DNA from: Hypanus sabinus
Taxonomy: Eukaryota
Reading direction: 5' to 3'
NCBI RefSeq assembly: GCF_030144855.1
Contig: NC_082719.1
Span: forward strand, 4,712,001-4,776,000
DNA: 64,000 nt
The notes beneath the pieces are model-generated. The model did not search any database. It saw only the letters and a program-made list of their open reading frames with translations, and was not told where the DNA came from. Both the position numbers and the translations under genes were made by a program. Positions 10,390 through 21,929 of this stretch are shown one piece after another. Every line of letters begins with the position of its first letter. Position 1 is the stretch's first letter.

Positions 10390-13300
10390 TTAAAGGAAGT
10401 TAGAGAAGTCAATGTTCATTCCATGAGGTTGGAGGCGACCCAGCCGGTATATAAGGTGTTGTTCCTCCAACCTGAGTTTGGATTCATTTTGACAGTAGAG
10501 GAGGCCATGGATAGACATATCAGAATGGGAATGGGATGTGGAATTAAAATGTGTGGCCAGTGGGAGATCCTGCTTTTTCTGGCGGACTGAGCGTAGGTGT
10601 TCAGCGAAACAGTCTCCCAGTCTGCGTCAGGTCTCACCAATATATAAAAGGCCACACCGGGAGCACCGGACACAGCATACCACACCAGCTGACTCACAGG
10701 TGAAGTGTCACCTCACCTGGAAGGACTGTCTGGGGCCTTGAATGGTGGTGAGGGATGAAGTGTAAGGGCAGGTGTAGCACTTGTTCCGTTTACAATGATA
10801 AGTGCCAGGAGGGAGATCGGTGGGAAGGGATGGGGGGGGACAAGTGGACAAGGGAGTCGTGTAGGGAGCGATCCCTGCGGAAAGCAGAAAGAGCAGAGGG
10901 GGGAAAGATGTGCTTGGTAGTGGGATCCCATTGGAGGTAGTGGAAGTTACGGAGAATTATACGTTGGACCTGGAGGCTGATGGGGTGGTAGGTGAGGACA
11001 AGGGGAATCCTATCCCGAGTGGTGAGGCGGACGGATGGGGTGAGGGCAGATGTGCGGGAAATGGGAGAGATGTGTTTGAGATTTGAGTTGATGGTGGAAG
11101 AAGGGAAGCCCCTTTGTTTAAAAAAGGAAGACATCTCCTTCGTCCTGGAATGAAAAGCCTCATCCTGTAAGCAGATGTGGCAGAGACAGCGGAATTGTGA
11201 GATGGGGATAGCATTTTTGCAAGAGACAGGGTGGGAAGAGGAATAGTACAGGTAGCTGTGAGAGTCTGTAGGCTTAAAGTAGATATCAGTAGGTAAACCG
11301 TCTCCAGAGATGGAGACAGAAAGATCAAGAAAGGGGAGGGAGGTGTCGGAAATGGACCAGGTAAATTTGAGGGCAGGGTGAAAGTTGGAGGCAAAGTTAA
11401 TGAAGTCATCGAGCTCAGCATGCATGCAGGAGGCAGCGCCAATGCAGTCGTCAATGTAGCAAAGGAAAAGAGGGGGACGGATACCCGTATAGACTTGGAA
11501 CATGGACCGTTCCACAAAGCCAACAAAAAGGCAGGCATAACTGGGACCCATACGGGTGCCCATGGCTACACCCTTGGTTTGGAGGAAGTGGGAGAAGCCA
11601 AAGGAGAAATTATTAAACATAGAAACATAGAAAATAGGTGCAGGAGTAGGCCATTCAGCCCTTCGAGCCTGCTCCGCCATTCAGTATGATCATGGCTGAT
11701 CATCCAACTCAGAACCCTGTACTTGCTTTCTCTCCATACCCCCTGAACCCTTTAGCCACAAGGGCCATATCTAACTTCCTCTTAAATATAGCCAATGAAC
11801 CGGCCTCAACGGTTTCCTGTGGCAGAGAATTCCACAGATTCACCACTCTCTGTGTGAAGAAGTTTTTCCTCATCTTGGTCCTAAAAGGCTTCCCCTTTAT
11901 CCTTAAACTGCGACCCCTCGTTCTGGACTTCCCCAACATCGGAAACAATCTTTCTGCATCTAGCCCGTCCAATCCCTTTAGAATTTTATACTCTTAATTT
12001 TATTAAGCGTAAGAACTAATTCCGCTAGATGGAGGAGAGTGGTGGTAGAGGGGAATTGGTTAGGTCTGGATCCAAAAAGAAGCAAAAAGCTTCAAGACCA
12101 TCTCGGTGGGGGATGGAGGTATATAGGGACTGGATATCCATGGTGAAAATAAGGCGGTGGGGGCCAGGGAACTTAAAATCATTGAAAAAATTCAAAGCAT
12201 GAGAAGTGTCACGAACATAGGTGGGAAGAAATTGAACAAGGGGGGGTTAAGACAGTGTCAAGGTATGCAGAAATGAGTTCAGTGGGGCAGGAGCAAGCTG
12301 AGACAATAGGTCTACCTGGACAGGCAGGTTTGTGGATCTTCGGTAGGAGGTAGAAACGGGAAGTGCGGGGTGTGGGAACTATGAGATTGGTGGCAGTGGA
12401 TGGGAGATCCCCAGAGCTGATAAGGTTGGTGATGGTATAGGAGACAGTGGCCTGGTGCTCCTTAGTGGGGTCATGATCAAGGGGTAAATAAGAGGAGGTA
12501 TCAGAGAATTGTCGCTGTGCCTCGGCCAGGTAGAGGTCAGTACGCCAGACAACAACAGCTCCCCCCTTATCAGCAGGTTTTATAGTGAGGTTGGGATTGG
12601 TGCGGAGGGAGCGGAGAGCAGAGCGTTCGGAAGGAGTGAGCATGGAATTGGAACAGGGTGCAGTGAAGTCGAAACGATTGATGTCCCGTCAGTAATTAGC
12701 AATAAAGAGATCCAGAGCAGGGAGAAGACCAGAGCGGGGTGTCCATGAAGAGAAGGAGGGTTGAAGATGGGATAAGGGGTCATCGGTGGGGGTAGGAGAG
12801 TCCTTGTCAAAGAAGTAAGCTCAGAGACGGAGCCAGCAGAAGAAGAGTTCAACATCACGGCGTACGCGGAACTCGTTGAGGTGTGGGTGAAGGGTGACAA
12901 AGTTGAGGCCATTAGTGAGGACAGAGCGCTCTGCCTCAGAGAGTTGAAGGTCGAAAGGAATGGTAAAGACCTGGCACGGATGAGGGATGGGATCAGAGGG
13001 GGGGAGGGAGGCTGGTAGTGTCAGTGGAGAGGGAAGGGTTGGGGTGAGAGGAAGATGGAGCCTCTGAGGGCCCAGGAGCTGACGATGGGATTTGAGGGAG
13101 AGGGGATTGCAGAGTGGTGGTGGGGGAAGGGGAGACAGGAGTCACAATCGCAGCGTGTGAAGACCCGGCCCGGAGTTCAAGGCTGGACTCGCAGTCGGTG
13201 GTTGCGCAATCGCTTTGAAGCTGTCCATGGTCGTTGGAACTCGCGGTGATGGTGCTGGAGTCCGGGTTTTCAATATGCCCTGGGTTGCTGGGACAGACGA

Positions 13301-13958
13301 GATCGACGGCCGGGGCCAATCCATGGTCATTGGAACACGCGGTGATAGTGCTGGAGTCCGGGTTTTGAATATGACCTGGGTTGCTGGGACAGACGAGATC
13401 GACGGCCGAGGCCAAGCCATGGTCGTTGGAACACGCGGTGATGGTGCTGGAGTCCGGGTTTTCAATCTGCCCTGGGTGGCTGGGACAGACGAGATCGACA
13501 GCCGAGGCCAAGCCATGGTCACTGGAACACGCGGTGATGGTGCTGGAGTCCGGGTTTTGAATATGCCCTGGGTTGCTGGGACAGACGAGATCGACGGCCG
13601 AGGCCAATCCATGGTCATTGGAACACGCGGTGATGGTGCTGGAGTCCGGGTTTTCAATATGCCCTGGGTTGCTGGGACAGACGAGATCGATGGCCGAGGC
13701 CAATCCATGGTCATTGGAACACGCGGTGATGGTGCTGGAGTCCGGGTTTTCAATATGCCCTGGGTGGCTGGGACAGACGAGATCGACGGCCGAGGCCAAG
13801 CCATGGTCATTGGAACACGCGGTGATGGTGCTGGAGTCTGGGTTTTGAATATGACCTGGGTGGCTGGGACAGACGAGATCGACGGCCGAGGCCAATCCAT
13901 GGTCATTGGAACACGCGGTGATGGTGCTGGAGTCCGGGTTTTCAATATGCCCTGGGTT
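10390..13958 (-). pseudogene. Disrupted Penelope ORF (repeat region - RT - Zn linker - GIY-YIG endonuclease)
   Basis: Pieces in track ORFs 12993..14012, 12209..12643 and 10790..11680. Ends ...GMNIDFSNFL* at 10390. Frameshifts in G/C runs, several in-frame stops and a CR1 insertion. Confidence 0.92.
11617..11999 (-). mobile_element. CR1-type LINE 3' fragment nested in the Penelope RT, 7-bp TSD
   Basis: TTATTAA at 11610-11616 and 12000-12006. Removing the insert restores AELVLTLNNFSFG. Encodes MRKNFFTQRVVNLWNSLPQ and is nearly identical to 24309-24570. Confidence 0.95.
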
Positions 13959-13961
13959 GCT
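13225..13961. repeat. 96-bp tandem repeat (minisatellite), ~7.7 units
   Basis: CCATGG recurs at 13225, 13321, 13417, 13513, 13609, 13705, 13801 and 13897. No indels. Encodes 32-aa units SNPGHIENPDSSTITACSNDHGLASAVDLVCP on minus. Confidence 0.99.
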
Positions 13962-14117
13962 TTTCATTGTCTCTGCTTGCATTCGATGATAATAAACTAA
14001 TACCAAAGCCAACTGGATGGATCACTTGGCATCAGCTGGGGACTAAATTCAGGCATGGTTGGACTAAGTTGCTCCTAGCACAGTCTACTTTGCAAAGTCC
14101 TCCTCTTACTGCAGTGC

Positions 14118-14365
14118 GGGTACCATGATAGCATAGTGGTTAGCATGATGCTATTACAGCTTGGGCTTTGGAGTCAAAGTTCAATCCCAGCAAGCTCTGT
14201 AAAATGTCTGTTTGACATCCCTGTGGAATGGTTTGTTTTCCCCAAGTGCTCCAGTTTCTTCCCACAGTCCGAGGATGTAGCAGGTATGTTAACTGGTCAT
14301 TGTAAAGTGCCCCATGATCAGGTTAGGATTAAATCGTGTTTGTTAGGTGTTGCTGGGCGGTGATG
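14118..14365 (+). mobile_element. tRNA-derived V-SINE (HE1-like)
   Basis: A-box TAGCATAGTGG at 14129-14139, B-box GTTCAATCCC at 14179-14188, V-domain-like GTGCTCCAGTTTCTTCCCACAGTCC...TGGTCATTGTAAA. Confidence 0.8.
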
Positions 14366-14429
14366 CACTGTTATTGCTAAAAGAAAAGTACACATCCGTG
14401 ATCCGACATTTAAATTAGAACAGGCAATT

Positions 14430-15925
14430 CCTGCAGCGCCACCGTTCCAATGTGTTTCAAGGCTGCCACCATCATCCCAGTGCCAAAAAAGTCTTCAGTG
14501 TCCTGCCTGAATGATTACTGTCCCATTGCACTCACATGCATCATCATGAAGTGTTTCGAGAGGCTCGTCATGAGGCATATCAAGACCCTGCTGCCTCCCT
14601 CACTGGACCCCCTGCAGTTTGTGTACCATCCCAACCGCTCAGCAGATGACGCCATTACCACCACCCTCAACCTGGCCCGAACACACCTGGACAAAAAAGA
14701 CACGTACGTTTGAATGCTGTTCATAGACTTCAGTTCAGCATTCAACACAATCATCCCTCAGAAACTGATTGGAAAGCTGAGCCTACTGGACCTGAACACC
14801 TCCCTCTGCAACTGGATCCTAGACTTCCTGACTGGGAGACCTCAGTCAGTCCGGATCGGGAGCAGCATCTCCAACACCATCACACTGAGCACGGGGGCTC
14901 CCCAGGGCTGTGTGCTCAGTTCACTGCTGTTCACTCTGCTGACCCACGACTGTGCTGCAACACACAGCTCGAACCATATCATCAAGTTTGCCGATGACAC
15001 GACCGTGGTGGGTCTCATCAGCAAGAATGACGAGTCAGCTTACAGAGAGTAGGTGCAGTGGCTAACGGACTGGTGCAGAGCCAACAACCTGTCTCTGAAT
15101 GTGAACGAAACAAAATAGATGGTTGTTGACTTCAGGAGGGCACAGAGCGATCACTCCCCGCTGAACATTGACGACTCCTCGGTAGAGATCGTTAAGAGCA
15201 CTAAATTTCTTGGTGTTCACCTAGCGGAGAATCTCACCTGGTCCCTCAACACCAACTCCATAGCAAAGAAAGCCCAGCAGTATCTCTACTTTCTGTGAAG
15301 GCTGAGGAAAGTCCATCTCCCAGCCCCCATCCTCATCACATTCTACAGCGGTTATATTGAGAGCATCCTGAGCAGCTGCATCACTGCCTGGTTTGGAAAT
15401 TGCACCATCTCGGATCGCAAGACCCTGCAGCAGATAGCGAGGTCAGCTGAGAAGATCATCAGGGTCTCTCTTCTCGCCATTATGGACATTTACACTACAC
15501 GCTGCATCCGCAAAGCAAACAGCATTATGAAGGACCCCACGCACCCCTTATACAAACTCTTCTCCTTCCTGCCGTCTGGGAAAAGGCACCATAGTATTCT
15601 GGCTGTCATGACCAGACTATGTAACAGTTTCTTATCCCAAGCCCATCAGACTCCTCAATACCCAGAGCCTGGACTGACACCTTACTGCCCTATCGTCCTG
15701 TTTATTATTTATTGTAACGCCTGCACTGTTTTGTGCACTTTATGCAGTCCTGGGTAGGTCTGTAGTCTAGTGTAGTTTTTTTTTTCTGTGTTGTTTTTTT
15801 ACGTAGTTCAGTCTAGTTTTTGTACTGTGGCATGTAACACCATGGTCCTGACAAAACATTGTCTCATTTTTACTGTGTACTATACCAGCAGTTATGGTCG
15901 AAATGACAATAAAAGTGACTTGACT
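14430..15925 (+). mobile_element. Rex1/Babar-type LINE, 5'-truncated, RT with in-frame stops
   Basis: [59 protein letters not shown]. 3' end TGACAATAAAAGTGACTTGACT. Confidence 0.93.
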
Positions 15926-16300
15926 GATGATCATAGTCACAGAGACCTACATTATAATCAATGTGCCAAACTCTACCAATACAGTCCCTGAATATGAGCA
16001 CAATGGTAAACCAGTGGCAGAAGTAGCTCTTGGAATCATCAACATTGATTCCAGATCTCCAAAAGTCTATCAGCATCAGTCAAATATCGGCAATCACTTG
16101 CTATCCTCCCTCAAGTGCATATCCATGTCGAACTTCATATAGAAATAGCGAGGGGAATAAAATCCACCCTGGGTGGAGGCTTCTATCACGGAGAATGGCT
16201 TGGTAGCACCAATACAGATCAAACTGGCTGCATTCGGAAAGGCATAATTGTAGGAGGGCTCAATGAGTACCGATATGAGACATCAAGCTACTTGACTTGA
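15926..16300 (+). mobile_element. Old LINE APE-endonuclease fragment
   Basis: IIVTETY..INVPNSTNTVPEY resembles the CR1/L2 endonuclease segment (xxxxTEtw...ipGY). Highly decayed. Confidence 0.4.
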
Positions 16301-16534
16301 CCCTCACAAATTACCTAAGTAATAGATTTCTAAATTTCTAAGTAATTCTGTTAGCTAGTAAAGGAGAATCTATTTGCCTTTATGGTAAATTTACAGTAAG
16401 CTCTTAAAGAAAATCAATTACTCCTTGATACATGAATTAAGTTTTAATCTATTTAAATGAAAAATTATATTGGTAATAATAATTAGTTCACTTTTCCTTG
16501 TCCTGTCAAGCATTATTTTCTGGAGTTGTAAACT

Positions 16535-16900
16535 TAGCCAGCTCCATCAGGGACACTAGTCTCCCCATAGTATCCAGGCATCTTTCAAGAAACAATGCCT
16601 CAAAAAGGCAGTGTCCATCATTAAGGACTGCCATCACCCAGGTCATGCCTTGTTTTCATTGCTACCATCAGGAAGGATGTAGAGAAGCCTGAAAGGTACA
16701 CACTCTGGAACAACTTCTTCCTGGCTGCCATCTGATTTCTGAATGGACAATGAATCCATGAACATTTCCATTACTTTTTTTATTTCTATTGTTACACTAT
16801 TTATTTAACTATTTAATATACACATACTTACTGTAATTCATAGACAAAGACAACCTATTTCATGACATATACCAGTGATATTAAACCTGACTCTGCTTCT
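16535..16900 (+). mobile_element. Rex1-related 3' fragment (abundant short family)
   Basis: TCCATCATTAAGGAC...CCAGGTCATGCCTTG...CTACCATCAGGAAGG and tail ATTAAACCTGACTCTG. Sibling copies at 26805-27140 and 60955-61283. Confidence 0.75.
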
Positions 16901-17396
16901 GTTTCAGATACGTGCAGAATGAACTACGAGACTGATGTTGGCACACCAGTCACTAAAGTCTTTTGCTGGACACCATGTAAAATCCGGCAGCAAATTTTAA
17001 AAAATTTATGTGGCAGAGAATAATAATACTTTATTATCCTAACCTTCTGATTAAATAGAGGTTCAGCATTGTTTTACTTAGGTGGGGTTGTTAAATGCTT
17101 TAAGTTATGCATTAATGCTTTATTTTAAAAAATCACTGCCCTTCCACCTCTCCCCAACCCCAAGATTTTGCCCGTCTCTTGACCTTGTAATTTCCTCAAC
17201 CCCAGATAGCCTCAAGAAATCTACATTTATCTGACACTGGCTTCTTATAGTTCTCAGTTTCTTCTAAGCCATCTCTGGCAGCTATAGACTCAGTTGATGG
17301 TGATCCCTAAATCTACTGCCTGAACCTCTCCACTTCACACATTTGTAACCTTCCTTAAGATCTTTCTTAAAAACCTATCTCATTAACTTAGATTTT

Positions 17397-20293
17397 TGTA
17401 ATATATGGATCTATTTATTTTACAGTAATGACACTCCCCAACCTTTAGCACTGCTTATTGATCTGTTGTCTGTGCATGTGCAATGTTCTCTTGCTGTCAC
17501 TGCAACGTGAACACATCTATTAAAGCATCTCCCACGTGCGTGCTTTTAATTCATTGATATGCATTTGTGCACAGACACAACAAATTGGCAACGAGAACCT
17601 TAATGTCAGAAAATATCATTAACTGCACTGACAGTTACGGGGCAAAACAGCAAGAGTTAAACTGCACAAGAAGGCTTTCACAGATGCCAACAAATGCATG
17701 AGTACAGTGCATAGAAACAGCGAATTTAAAGTGAAAACAATGTGGCGATGGCCTCAGTCAGGAAAATTAATAAACTTGATAGCACTAATGAAGGCTGGAA
17801 GTCATATATTGAAAGGGTTGAACTGTGTTGTAATGCGAAGAGCAAAATAAAGTCCCTGTGCTTCTTAGCTTAATGGGTGCAAGAATGTATAGTCTCTTAC
17901 ACAACTTAGTAACCACTGAAAAGCCTGTAAGCAAGATGCTCAACGAAATTGTTGCAATTTTACAAAACCACTTAAGCACTAAACTGCTGGTAATAGCTGA
18001 GAAATTTAGATTTTACAAAAGGAACAGGTCAAAGGATGAAAGCCTTTCTGATTATATTGTATAACTGCACAAACTTTCCCAGTACTGTGACTTTAGAGGT
18101 GGACATTGTCATGCCATAAGGGACAGGCTTGTATGTGGCATGCATCGTCAAAGCACTCAAACAAGGCTACTGGCAAAAGGAGACCTAACCTTAGAACTGG
18201 CATTGACCATTGCAATATCGTTGGAGACTGCAGCAAAGAATGCAGCAGAACCACAGAAAATGAGGTTAGAATGTGAAATGCACAAGATGTCCCTGGATGG
18301 TGCAAAAAACCAAAGATGTTATCAATGTGGCAAATCCTCCCATGATGCAAATTACCGTTAGCTCAAAGAAAAAATTCTGCAGGAAGTGTCAAGGACAAGG
18401 TCACCTACAGAGAATGTGCAAGGCAGAGAAAAAATACAACCAAGTGAAAAGTCTCAAACTCAAAACAAAGCAAATGCATAAAGTTACCAAATGTAAAACA
18501 GAATCAGACAACATAGAGTCTGACAAAGATGAACTGTCATACTTAGGACTGCATAGTACAACTGAAGCAGATCACAAATCTTCTGAATCACAATAGATGT
18601 GTCTGGTGTAAAACTGAAAATGGAGCTGGATACAGGGACAATTTTGTCCATAATTCCAGAGTCTGACTATAACAGACTGTTTTCTAAGATACCATTACAG
18701 AAGGCTTTAGTGATGCTAAAGACCTACATGGGCAAAAAAGCCTCACAAAGGCAAACTGAAAGTAAATGTGATGTAAGGTGGCCAAACACAACAGTTAGAA
18801 CTTTATATATTGAAAAGTGAAGGGTCAGCACTTTTCAGATGTGAATGGTTGAGAAAAATCCAATTGGACTGTCATTCATTGAAGTTCTCATTGTAGTATC
18901 AACAGGGAACTGCAGCCCAAATGGCAGCAATAACCAGAGGCTGTCACAGCTGCTTAATGCTAATCAGAAGGTGTTTGAGAAGGGAAAAGACAAGCAGATC
19001 GAAGACTTGGCCAAAAGCTGTTTTGGATGCCAAAAAGTTCAAAATTCACCCTTATAGGCAGCATTACACCAATGGAAGTAGCTGTCATCAATATGGCAAA
19101 GAATACATATTGACTTTGTTGGGCCATTCACTTACTAAGCGTCTCTGATTGCTGTGGATGCTCATTCAACGTGACCGAAGCCAACCACCTCAACAAAGAA
19201 TGTCTCCACAGAGGGCTATCTTTGCCAGAAACGGCTTACCAGAACAAATTGTGAGTGACAACAGACCACAATACATGTTAGAAGAATTTTGACTATTCAT
19301 GAAGAAAAATGGCATCAGTCATTTCAAGTCAGCTCCTCACCACCCAGCAACAAATGGGTTAGCTGAAAAATTTATCTAAGCATTCAATAAGTCCGTTAAA
19401 GTGATGGACAATGAGGAGATTTCTGTACAGCACAAAGTGCATAAGTTCTTTTTTGTGTATCGGCACTCTGTTCATGCAACAACAAATCAAGTACCTGCAA
19501 TGTTGCTCATGAACAGGAATCTGAGATGTTGCATAGACCTCCTGAAACCAGATCTAGGTAGTGAAGTGTGGAATAAATAGTTCAGCCAGTTGCCAAATGA
19601 AGCAGCAAGAAGCTTCAAGATTGGACCGGAAGTCCTAGTACATGATTACTGAGAGGACAATTGGACACCCAGTAGGATAGCTGCAGGGAGTGGACCACTG
19701 ATGCACAGTGAATGTTGGAGATCAGATATGGAGATGTTACGTAGACCAGATACCTGATGCTCAACCGAAGAACTCACCTGAGTAGACTGCATTCAACAAG
19801 ACGAAGAAATTACAGTTACTCAACTTACCTCTAGTGATGATGTCACTGACAGCAACATGTCTGTGGTAACTGAGAACATTGTCTTAGACAAGACACCTAC
19901 CAAACCTGATGCCACTCCACAGGTCCAGAAGTACTGTCTTGAAAGAAACTGAGTGCCACCCAAATAACTGAACCTTCAGAACTGTAAAGCTAGTTATGGA
20001 CTGTTATTGTGAAAACATGTTTATTTAGAATATGGGTTTATGAAAGGGAAATCAAATGTTTTACACATATACAACTTAATGTTGCATTAATCTAAAGGGG
20101 GAGAAAGTATAATGCATGGATCTATTTCTTTTAGAGCAATAACCTCCCCCCTTAGCACAATACAGACTTGTCTATGCTTACACATTGTTCTCTCGCTCTC
20201 GCTGCAATGTGAATACACTTGTTAAAGCCATCTCTCCTGTGCGTGATTTTATTCTATATAAATATATATATGTAGTTGCGCACAGACACGACA
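17397..20293 (+). mobile_element. Gypsy LTR retrotransposon, two ~186-bp LTRs, RT/RNaseH deleted
   Basis: LTRs at 17397-17582 (TG..CA) and 20108-20293. PBS-like TGGCAACGAG at 17586, PPT at 20094-20107. Flanks ATTTT/GTTTT. gag with two Zn knuckles, protease MELDTG, integrase IHIDFVGPF, IVSDN, HPATNGLAE. Confidence 0.93.
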
Positions 20294-20769
20294 GTTTTAG
20301 TTAAGGTTAGTGATATTTTCTCCTTTATTCGGAGTCAATTTTTGGCTGATTACATTTCCACAAAATACCTTGAAACATTTTTCTATGCTTATGTGCAATG
20401 GATATGCAAGTTAGTATTGATGATAATGCTGTTAGTTAGTTTGGAATATGTCATGGGAATTAGATAAAACACTGGAATTAGCATGCCTTTGCTTATGTTT
20501 AGTCTTAAATATGAATTGGAAGTTTTAGTTTCAGCTAACCAAATATAAGCAGACTGGTGTTTTTCATTAGTCAGGGAGATCAAGACTTTGGAATTTAATA
20601 CTTTACTATTTGTTGTGCATACCATAAAGTAAGAAAGGCTAATTTTCAGTTGGGGGGCAACATCTGAGTGACTTTGTGCATAAGGTTAAGTTTTGGCTTT
20701 TAGGAAGCCCATGATTGTTGCTGGAAAAGGTAAAAGGGATGGTAGATTCCATTAGTTGGTAGTCATGTA

Positions 20770-21670
20770 TAGCCTCAAGACCCACACCATCAGGTTCAGG
20801 AACAGTTATTTACCTCTCATCCATTAGGCTATTGAACCAGAGGGGATAACACCACTCAACTTCACTCACCCCAGTATTGAATTGAACACAATATATGGAC
20901 TCTCACTTTCAAGAATTCTTCATCTCATATTCTATATTTATTGCTTATTTATTTATTATTATTTGCAATTTACTGTCTTATGCACATTGGTGGCTTGGTA
21001 GTTTGTCTACCTTGTTGGGTGCAGTGTTTCATTGACTCAATTTTTCCATCAGCTCCTGTTACACAGAGCATAGTCACAGGACAGCAGGATCCACAAAAAG
21101 GATACCTATCATCCAGGTCATGCCTTCTGCTTGCTGCTACCATCAGGAAGAAGGTACAAAAGCTTCAGGACTAACACCACCAGGTTCAGGGACAGTTATT
21201 ACCTCTCAACCATCAGGCTCTTGAACCTGTGGGATATCCTCATTCAGCTTCACTTGCCCCTTCATTAAACAGTTCCCATAACCTATGGACTTGCTTTCAA
21301 GGATCTTTAAGGTCANNNNNNNNNNNNNNNNNNNNNNNNNNNNNNNNNNNNNNNNNNNNNNNNNNNNNNNNNNNNNNNNNNNNNNNNNNNNNNNNNNNNN
21401 NNNNNNNNNNNNNNNNNNNNNNNNNNNNNNNNNNNNNNNNNNNNNNNNNNNNNNNNNNNNNNNNNNNTCTTCACCTCATTTTTTTATATTTGCACAGTTT
21501 GGTCTCTTTTGCACATTGGCTGTGTGTCCATTCTGTTGGGTGCAGTCTTTCATTGATTCTAGTATGGTTCTTTGATTTACTGAGTATGCCTGCAAGGAAA
21601 TGAATCTCAGAGTTGTATATGGTGACTTGTATGTACTTTGATAATAAATTTGCTTTGAACTTGAACTTTT
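20770..21670 (+). mobile_element. Two tandem Rex1-related 3' fragments (second spans the gap)
   Basis: CACACCATCAGGTTCAGGAACAGTTATT at ~20783 and a similar motif at ~21175. Tail GATAATAAATTTGCTTTGAACTTGAACTT at ~21640-21669. Confidence 0.7.
21316..21467. other. Assembly gap (152 N)
   Basis: Run of n. Confidence 1.
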
Positions 21671-21832
21671 ATGTGACAGAATAATTTATCACTAAAACTT
21701 TTGAACAAACACCAAAACCTTGCCTGACTAGAGGTGAGACTTGTTAGATTCTTTGCACATATCCAGTAACAACATGCAGTACACACATGATAACTACCCT
21801 AGGAAAGAAACTATTGTTACCTCCTTCTAAAG

Positions 21833-21913
21833 CAGGGGTTTCAAACTCTTTTTATACAATAGACCCTAGCTATTAATCAAGGGATCTGTGGACCTAAAGG
21901 TTGGGAACCCCTG
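21833..21913. mobile_element. 81-bp hAT (Charlie-like) MITE
   Basis: TIRs CAGGGGTTTCAAAC / GTTGGGAACCCCTG. 8-bp TSD TTCTAAAG (21825-21832) / TTCTAGAG (21914-21921), fitting the NTCTAGAN target preference. Confidence 0.9.
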
Positions 21914-21929
21914 TTCTAGAGCAATCATT

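Larger units (their letters stand above)
9834..13958 (-). mobile_element. Penelope-like retroelement (Neptune-type, RT + GIY-YIG), 5'-truncated, 12-bp TSD
   Basis: TSD GCTTTTCATTGT at 9822-9833 and 13959-13970. Motifs IKPADKGGAVVV, LPKIHK...GRPIVS, GVAMGTRMGPSYA, YIDD, linker CKRNKCYTC, and GIY-YIG CSRCGLLYIGET...EH. Hammerhead motif in the 3' UTR. Confidence 0.96.

Noticed and set aside
10390-12960. In-frame TGA codons in the Penelope ORF as selenocysteine recoding
   Set aside because: They fall at positions where Arg fits (e.g. IGET*RRL), consistent with CGA>TGA CpG decay, and co-occur with frameshifts. No SECIS was recognised.
13225-13961. CRISPR-like array
   Set aside because: Units are contiguous with no unique spacers, there are no cas genes, and the context is eukaryotic.
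12993-14012. 339-aa repeat ORF as a novel host gene
   Set aside because: Its first ~18 codons come from flanking DNA beyond the TSD (13959-13970). The rest is the Penelope N-terminal region, and openness follows from a stop-free 96-bp unit.
14118-14195. tRNA gene (also 39690-39745 and 48833-48905)
   Set aside because: A/B boxes are followed by a SINE core and tail, and no intact cloverleaf is present.
21229-21603. ORFs 21229..21603 and 21285..21575
   Set aside because: Artefacts of translating through the N gap.
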